From: the human T2T-CHM13v2.0 reference genome, Homo sapiens
NCBI RefSeq assembly: GCF_009914755.1
Contig: NC_060933.1
Length of the DNA stretch: 64,000 nucleotides
Strand: one strand, 5' to 3'
The notes below the pieces were generated by a model. The model made no database searches. It was given only the letters and a program-made list of their open reading frames with translations, and was not told where the DNA came from. How positions within the stretch are numbered: position 1 is the first letter of the stretch; each line of letters starts with the position of its first letter. A program made the position numbers and the translations under genes. Of this stretch, positions 54,455 to 64,000 are shown piece by piece.

Positions 54455-54962
54455 AACATTTATATTTTTATTATTGGGTAATATACACAGAGAAAAATGC
54501 ACATTGCAATTGTACAGCTCAATAAATTTTTACCAAATGTACACTTATCTATAAAACTACCAGCCAGAGTATGAAATAGAACATTTCCGTCATTCCAAAA
54601 ACCCTCTGATGCCCCCTACTCTGTCACTTAACCACACCACAAAAGTAACTGCTTTATTGACTTGTAACTTTATAGATTATTTCATCTTTTTGAAAAGTTA
54701 ACACATTTTATCATATATAATGTATTGTGTTATGTCTGGGTATTCCTACTCGATATTATATTTGTGACCTTATGTTGTTGCATGTAGCAATAGTTGTTTT
54801 GTTTTGGTTTTCCTTATGGTTGAATAGTAGTTCTTTCCATGCAAATATCACAAGCTGTCTGTCTATTCCACTTTTGATGGACATTTGAGTTGTTTTCAGC
54901 TTGTAGCTGTAAAGAAAATTACTGCATGAATATCTTTATACTTCTCTTTCTTTGAGCATACA
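54455..54962 (-). mobile_element. L1ME/MC 3'UTR hosting Tigger1; resumes after 63168
   Basis: gatggacatttgagttgttttcag; continues as ggaattcctaggtcat after the Tigger1. Confidence 0.75.
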
Positions 54963-55041
54963 CGGGCATACCTCATTTTATTATGCTTTGCTTTTTTGTG
55001 TTTCATAGACATTGTATTTTTTTCAGGTATGCAAAATATAA

Positions 55042-57765
<2,724 letters not shown>

Positions 57766-57939
57766 CTATCGGTGTCATTTTTCCAACATGATGTGCTCAC
57801 CTCGGTCTCTGCGTCACATTTTGGTGATTTTTACAACATTTTACATTTGTTTATGTTTACTATATCTGTTGGTAAACTGTGATCAATGATCTTTAATGTT
57901 ACTATTGTAATTGTTTTGGGATGCTATGAACCGTATTCA

Positions 57940-58486
57940 TGTGATGGTTAGTACTGAGTGTCAACTTGATTCCATTGAAGGATGCAAATTATTGTTTCTG
58001 GGTGTGTCTGTGAGGGTGTTGCCGAAGGAGATTAACATTTGAGACAGTGGACTGGGAGAGGCAGACCCACCCTCAATCTGAGTGGTTAATATCTAATTAG
58101 CCACTAGCACGGCTAGAATAAAGCAGTCAGAACAAGTTGGAAGGAGCTGACTTGCTAAGTCTTCTGGCCTTCATCTTTCTCCTGTGCTGGATGCTTCCTG
58201 CCCTTGAGTTTCAGACTCCATGTTCTTCAGCTTTTGAACTCTTGGACTTACACTAGTGATTTGCCAGGGCCTCTTAGGCCTTTGGCCACAGACTGAAGGC
58301 TGCACTGTTGGCTTCCCCACTTTTGAAGTTTTGGGATCAAACTGGCTTCCTTGCTTCTCAGCTTGCAGGTGAGCTACTGTGGGACTTCGCTTTGTGATTG
58401 TGTGAGTCAATTCTCCTAATAAATTCCCCTTCATGTATACATTTATCTTATTAATGCTGTCCCTTTACAGAACCTTGATTAATACC
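57940..58486 (+). mobile_element. MLT2A2-like (HERV-L) solo LTR
   Basis: tgtgatggttagtactgagtgtcaacttga...gaaccttgattaatac. Confidence 0.9.
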
Positions 58487-59691
58487 AATGGTAAACTTAT
58501 TTGATAAATATTTTGTATGCTCTGACTGCTCCATGGACCAGCCATTCCCCCATGTCTCTCCCTCTCCTCAGGTTTCCTTATTCCACAAGACACAACAGTA
58601 GTAATATTAGGCCAATTAATAACCCTACAATAGCCTCTAAATGTTTAAGGGTAAGAAAGAGTCTCATGTCTCTCACTTTAAATCAAAAGGGTAGAAATTA
58701 TTAACCTTAGTGAGGAAGGCATGTTGAAAGCCAAGATGGGCTCAAAGCTCTAGTCTCTCACACCAAAGAGTTAGCCAAGTTGCGAATTCAAAGGAAAAGT
58801 TCTTGAAGGAAATTTAATGTGCTACTCCAGAAGACACACAAATGCCAACAAAGAAAAACAGCATTATTGCTGATATGAATAAAGTTTTAGTGATCTGGAT
58901 AGATCAACCAGCCACAACATTCCCTTAAACCAAAGCCTAATCCAGGGCAAGGCCCGAACTCTCTCCAATTTTATGAAGGCTGAGAAAGGTGAAGAGGCTA
59001 CAGAAGAAATGCATGTTGGAAGCAAACATAAGTTGATTCGTAAAGTTTAAGGAAGGGACCTGTCTCCATATCATAAAAATGTAAGTTGAAGCAGGAAGTG
59101 CTAATGTAGAAACTACAGCAAGTTATCCAGAAGATCTAGCTAAGATCATTGATGAAGGTGGCTACCCTAAGCAACCTATTTGCAATGCAGTTGAAACAGT
59201 CTTGTATTAAAAGTAACATATTATAACATATTAAGATGCCATCTAGGACTTTCATAACTGGAGAGGAGAAGTCAATGCCCGGCTTTACAGCTTTAAAGGA
59301 CAGACTGACACTCTTGTTGGGGATAACACAGCTGCTGACTTTAAATTGAAGCCAATGCTCATTTACCATTCCAAAATTCTTAGGTCCCTTAATAATTATG
59401 CTAGATCTATTTTGCTTGGGCTCTATAAATGGAACAACAAAGCCTGGATGACAGCATGTTTTACAGCATGATTATGTTAAGCCCACACTTGAGACCTACT
59501 GCTCAGAAACAAAGATTCCTTTCAAAATATTACTTCTTATTGAAAGTGCACCCAGTCACCCAAGATCCCTCATGGACATGTACAAGAAGATTAATGTTGT
59601 TTTCATTCCTGCTAACACAACGTCCATTCCGCAGCCCACGAATCAAAGAGTAATTTTGATGCTCAAGTCTTACTATTTAAAAAATACATTT

Positions 59692-62203
59692 GTTTTCCAA
59701 GATGGCAGACTGGAACCATTGTTAGCATGCTTCTCCCACAGGGAAAGACAATATAGTGTGTAGAAATTCACATGGAAATTTTTTCCAAGAAGCAATGCAG
59801 GAACTTAATGGGAAAACTGAAGAAAGCATAGATCCTTTGAAAGAAGTGGCAGGCTGCAGCCTACACCATGAGACAGGCAGTAAACTGTAAGTTCCCAGAG
59901 TGTGAGAGGGGGATAAACTGCTTCCAGGATATATATTCCCACTAGGGAGCCTTGCAATCCAGACCGTGGTGGAAGGCCTTAACCCTACCTAGCACTGGAA
60001 CTGTTTTAGGGAGCCGTGGGAAATATAAAAGTAGGAGCAGCCAAGAAAAGAGCCTTGCTTGCATTCCCAGTCTCCAGTGCTGATGGAGGGAAGCCATTTT
60101 TTATCCTACCTCCCAGGGGACCTTGCAGAAATCTTTGAGCTAACTTAGGCAGTGGTCACAGGTTGAGATATGCTCTCAATTGAAATACACAGTATAATCT
60201 CTAGTGAGGGCGAACTCTCTTGGCCAGCACTGGAGAATGAGTGGGAAGTGTGCTGCAGCCACCAGTGCAGGAGCTGGGTGCCTGGCTTTGCAGGCAGACA
60301 GGAAGAGGCATGGACTGAAAGCCTCAGTTGCCATCTCCACTGGGAAGGTTTATCACCTGCGGGAGTTTTGAGTTCTGAGCACAGACTGCCTGGATCTTAG
60401 CTAGCTGCTGCTAGTGGAACACTGCAGGTATGAGACCTGCCTTGCCAAGTATGTGAGAGCTGGGTGGGGCTTAGTGCTGCCTGCTACTCCCCACTTCTTG
60501 TGTGAACTCTTCTGTGCAACAGGCAGCTGTGCTTCTCTCTGGAATATTATACTGGGGCCAGATAACTGACCTCCCACCCCTACTGGGCCTGCTGCTTGAC
60601 CCACATGTGGAGAGCCAGAGTGCAGACCTGCCTGACCCATCCCCAACCTGGCTTTGCCCCTCTACCCATCCTGGTAGCTTAGCACAATGAACAGAAAGTT
60701 TTTGGAGCTCTATGGCCCCACCCATTGCCTGAGAATCCAGAATACCTCCCCTGGGTAAGGGACAAGCACAAATCCACCACTGCCACCACAGCTGGCACTC
60801 TTTTGTAAGTACCACCTCCTGGCTGGAGGCCAAACAACACAGTCCATTACAGCACCTCCAGGTAGAATAACACAGTTCCCAGGAAGGAGAAAACTTGTAT
60901 GTGACCTCAGCTATCACCATTACCCACAGCACCCTGGCTGACCAGGAGGTTCTGAGTGTGTTCGTGTGCCAGTTCATGACTACTACAACCAGTATTTGAG
61001 AAAGGCAATACGCTAAGGCCATGTATAACCAAGAAATCTTACAGAGTCTACATCACTCCACTGCCAACCCCATCAGAGCTGGTGCTGGTACCCATTACTG
61101 GGAGACTTGAGGACAAATCACACCATTTGATCCCTTGCAGAAATTCCCCATCACCAGCCTGGAGCGTGGCAACCCCACTAGGTGGCTAGACCCAGAGGAG
61201 CAGCAGGTTTCACAGTAGTATGGCTCTCAGGGGCTCCAAAGGAAAGTGCACCATATCAAGGGAATACCCTGTGAGATAAAACAATCTGGATGGCAAGCCC
61301 TGAGTCCCAGAACTTTCTTCTACTAGGAAGTTTCTTTCAGCAGAGGCACAGGGGCAGTGCTGGGCTCAGCAGGGAAAGTCCGCAGCTCTACCTGACAGTC
61401 AGGCAGCCCTGGTGCATGTGAAGGGTCTTGGAGAAGGGGATGACTTTTCCTTCTCATCCACCACTGCAGACACAGCTGGGATTTTCCCATGGGAGCTCAG
61501 CATGAGTACACCTATAGACAGCCTTTCTGGAACACTCAGGGTGACTGCATCCCCACAGAAGGAGTGCCTTCCAGGTTCAGGCTTACATAATTCGTCTCTA
61601 CTTGGAACACTAACAATTCTGCAGAAGAAAAGACATGCCTGACCAATCTGAATAGCTGAAGCACTGGGTCAGGAGTGTGACAAGGAGGTGAATCACTTTC
61701 CTGCTGACCTGGAAGGGGAGCTGAGGTGGCTCCCACACTATCCCTTGATAAAAACTCAGTATGTTTCACTGAGAGCTCCTTCAGCCACCTCGCTCAAGGC
61801 TGGGACTTCTGCCCGCCATTGGGTGTTGCATTTACCCACCTACTTTAAATACAAACAGTTTCTACCCAAGGACACTTCCCTTACTATCCTAAAGACTGAA
61901 CTATTCAATCCAGTTAATAAAATACTGGGGGAAAAATAAATAAATAAGTGCACACCACAGGGGAATGAGATAAGCTTCAAGAGATCTCTGCCATTGCAGT
62001 CTCATGGGATACAGTGAACTTGCTCATACATCAAGCACATTGCTACTACTAGCATCTGAGAAAGCTATCATAAAAAGACCCTCTATAACCAAGGAACTCT
62101 TCACCCATGAAAGCACCAAGAGCTGAATTAGGCTACAATAAACTATAAACATTAAAGTGAGGCCCTTAAGGGTGGAAAAATAAATTTAAAAAAACACTGA
62201 AAC
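59692..62203 (+). mobile_element. L1PB-class 5'UTR-only insertion
   Basis: Starts at the L1 5' YY1 motif CAAGATGGC (59698); GC-richer 5'UTR; ends with AATAAA (62179) and an A-rich tract; TSD aaaaaatacattt at 59679 and 62204. Confidence 0.75.
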
Positions 62204-63168
62204 AAAAAATACATTTAAGAAAAAAAAAACATTTTTAAGTGATAGCTGCCATAGAAGAGTGATTCCTCTGATGGATCTGGACAAAATATGTGGGAGATCT
62301 TCTGGAAAGGACTCAGCATTTTAGATGTCATTAAGACCATTCTGGATTTATGAGAGGAAGTTAAAATATCAACATTAATAGGGGTTTGGAATAAGCTGAT
62401 TACAACCCTCATGAATTACTTTGAGGGGTTAAAGAATCAACGGAGGAAGTAACTGCAGATGTGGTGAAAATAGCAAGAGAACTAGAATTATAAGTAGATC
62501 CTGAAAATGTGACTGAATTTCTGCAATATCATGATAAATCCTTAACGGATAGGGAGTACGTCTTTACTCTTTATGGATGAGCAAAGAAAGCAGTGTTTTG
62601 AGACGGAATCTACTCCTGTTGAAGATGTGAACATGGTTGAAATATCAAGAAAGGACTTACAGAAACTTACTTGATAAAGCAGTGGTGGGGTTTGAGAAGA
62701 TTGACTCCAATTTTGAAAGATATTATACAGAGTTAAATGCTATGGGAAAGCATTACATGATAGAGAGAAATCTTTTGTGAAGGGAAGAGACAATAGATGT
62801 GGAAAACTTTATTGTTGTCCTATTTTAAGTAATCGACACAGGCACTTCAACCTTCAGCAGCCACCACCCTAATTTGTCAGCAGCCATCAACATCAAGGCA
62901 AGACCCTCCATCAGCAAAATTATTGATTAGGATTCACTGAAGACTCAGATGATCATTAGCACTTTCTAGCAATAAAGTGTTCTTAAATTAAGGCATGTAC
63001 ATTTTTATACATAATGCTATTACACACTTAATAGACTATAACATAATGTACAAATAAATTTTATGTGCATTTGGAAACAAAAAACTTATGAGACTCACTT
63101 TATTGTAATATTCCCTTTATTGCAGAGGTCTGGAATCAAACCCACAATATCTTCAAGGTATTTGTGTA

Positions 63169-64000
63169 CCTATTTCCTGTGGATATGTAGTTAGGAAAGG
63201 AATTCCTAGGTCATGTTGTAAGTGCTATTCTTCTTCAGTAGATACTGAGGTTTTCCAGAGTGGTTGTACCATCCTAAAAATGCCCTGTGCTTCATTTATT
63301 AATTCTACCCACCACATCTCTTTTGTAGCTACTGATCCTTTTACTGTCTTTATAGTTATGCCTTTTCCAGAATGTCATACCATTGGAATCATACAGCCTT
63401 TTAAAACTGGCCTTTTCACCTGGTAATAGGCATTTTTTAGGTACCTTAATGCCTTTTTGTGGCTTAATAGCACACTATTTTTTCTTGCTGAATAATATTC
63501 CATTGTGTGGATGTACCCATTTTTGTCACATAAAATTTTATGCTTTGTTGTTAAGTGCACTTATGTTTAAGATTGTTATTTCTTCTTAGATAATTGACCC
63601 AATTGACCCACTTACTCTTTATGTAATGCCTCTGTTTATCTCGGACGAGCTTTCTTGTTCTAAAGAATCCTTTGTTTGAAAGTAATACAGTTACTCTAGG
63701 ATTTCTGATTTGGTTTGTACTGTATATCTTTCTCCACCCTTTCCTTTTTAGCCTAGCAGAGTCTTACATTTGCATATAAATACCAGAGCATGAGATCTTT
63801 CTGAGATCTTCACTGCTGAGAGCTTGGTAGTGTTCCTGGAATTAAGCCATGAAAGCATTTGAGGCCACCTAAAATTGAGGACCCAGAAATTTCCTACTCT
63901 CCTTCTTTCTACATTTAGCTTATTGCAATTCATCAATATTACAATTTAAGTGTTTATACTATTTCCAGGCTCCAGAAGTTTCTGCTCTCGGTAATCATAT
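63169..64000 (-). mobile_element. L1MC/L1M fragments
   Basis: gccttttccagaatgtcata...aataatattccattgtgtggatgtacc; degenerate antisense ORF2 start. Confidence 0.65.

Noticed and set aside
60471-61022. 183-aa antisense ORF in the L1 5'UTR (ORF0-like?)
   Set aside because: No recognisable similarity to ORF0 or any domain; such lengths are expected by chance in GC-richer sequence

Overview
Primate (ape/human-type) nuclear DNA: AT-rich, CpG-depleted, intergenic or deep-intronic, with no CpG island and no protein-coding exon I can support. More than half of the window is interspersed repeat: about 13 Alus, L1s ranging from ancient L1M to L1PA3/4, L2, MIR, a CR1/L3 relic, MaLR/ERVL/ERV1/ERVK LTRs and DNA transposons. 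The only gene-derived sequence is a minus-strand processed TPT1 (TCTP) pseudogene (13927-15400). It was copied from the long 3'UTR isoform, keeps the full 173-codon frame with a single nonsense codon, and later received an Alu. A full-length Tigger1 (54963-63166) hosts three later insertions: an L1PA with a possible ~18-nt 3' transduction, an MLT2A2 LTR, and an unusual TSD-flanked L1 made only of its 5'UTR. Other structure seen directly in the sequence: two short locally copied insertions (6539->8106 and 51099->51435), a fold-back repair scar at 10021-10104, and a twin-primed inverted L1. I found no convincing new biological system; the best leads are transposition/repair fossils and a few repeat-free candidate enhancers. 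Repeat subfamily names come from recalled consensus sequences, not a database search, and the boundaries of old repeats are approximate.
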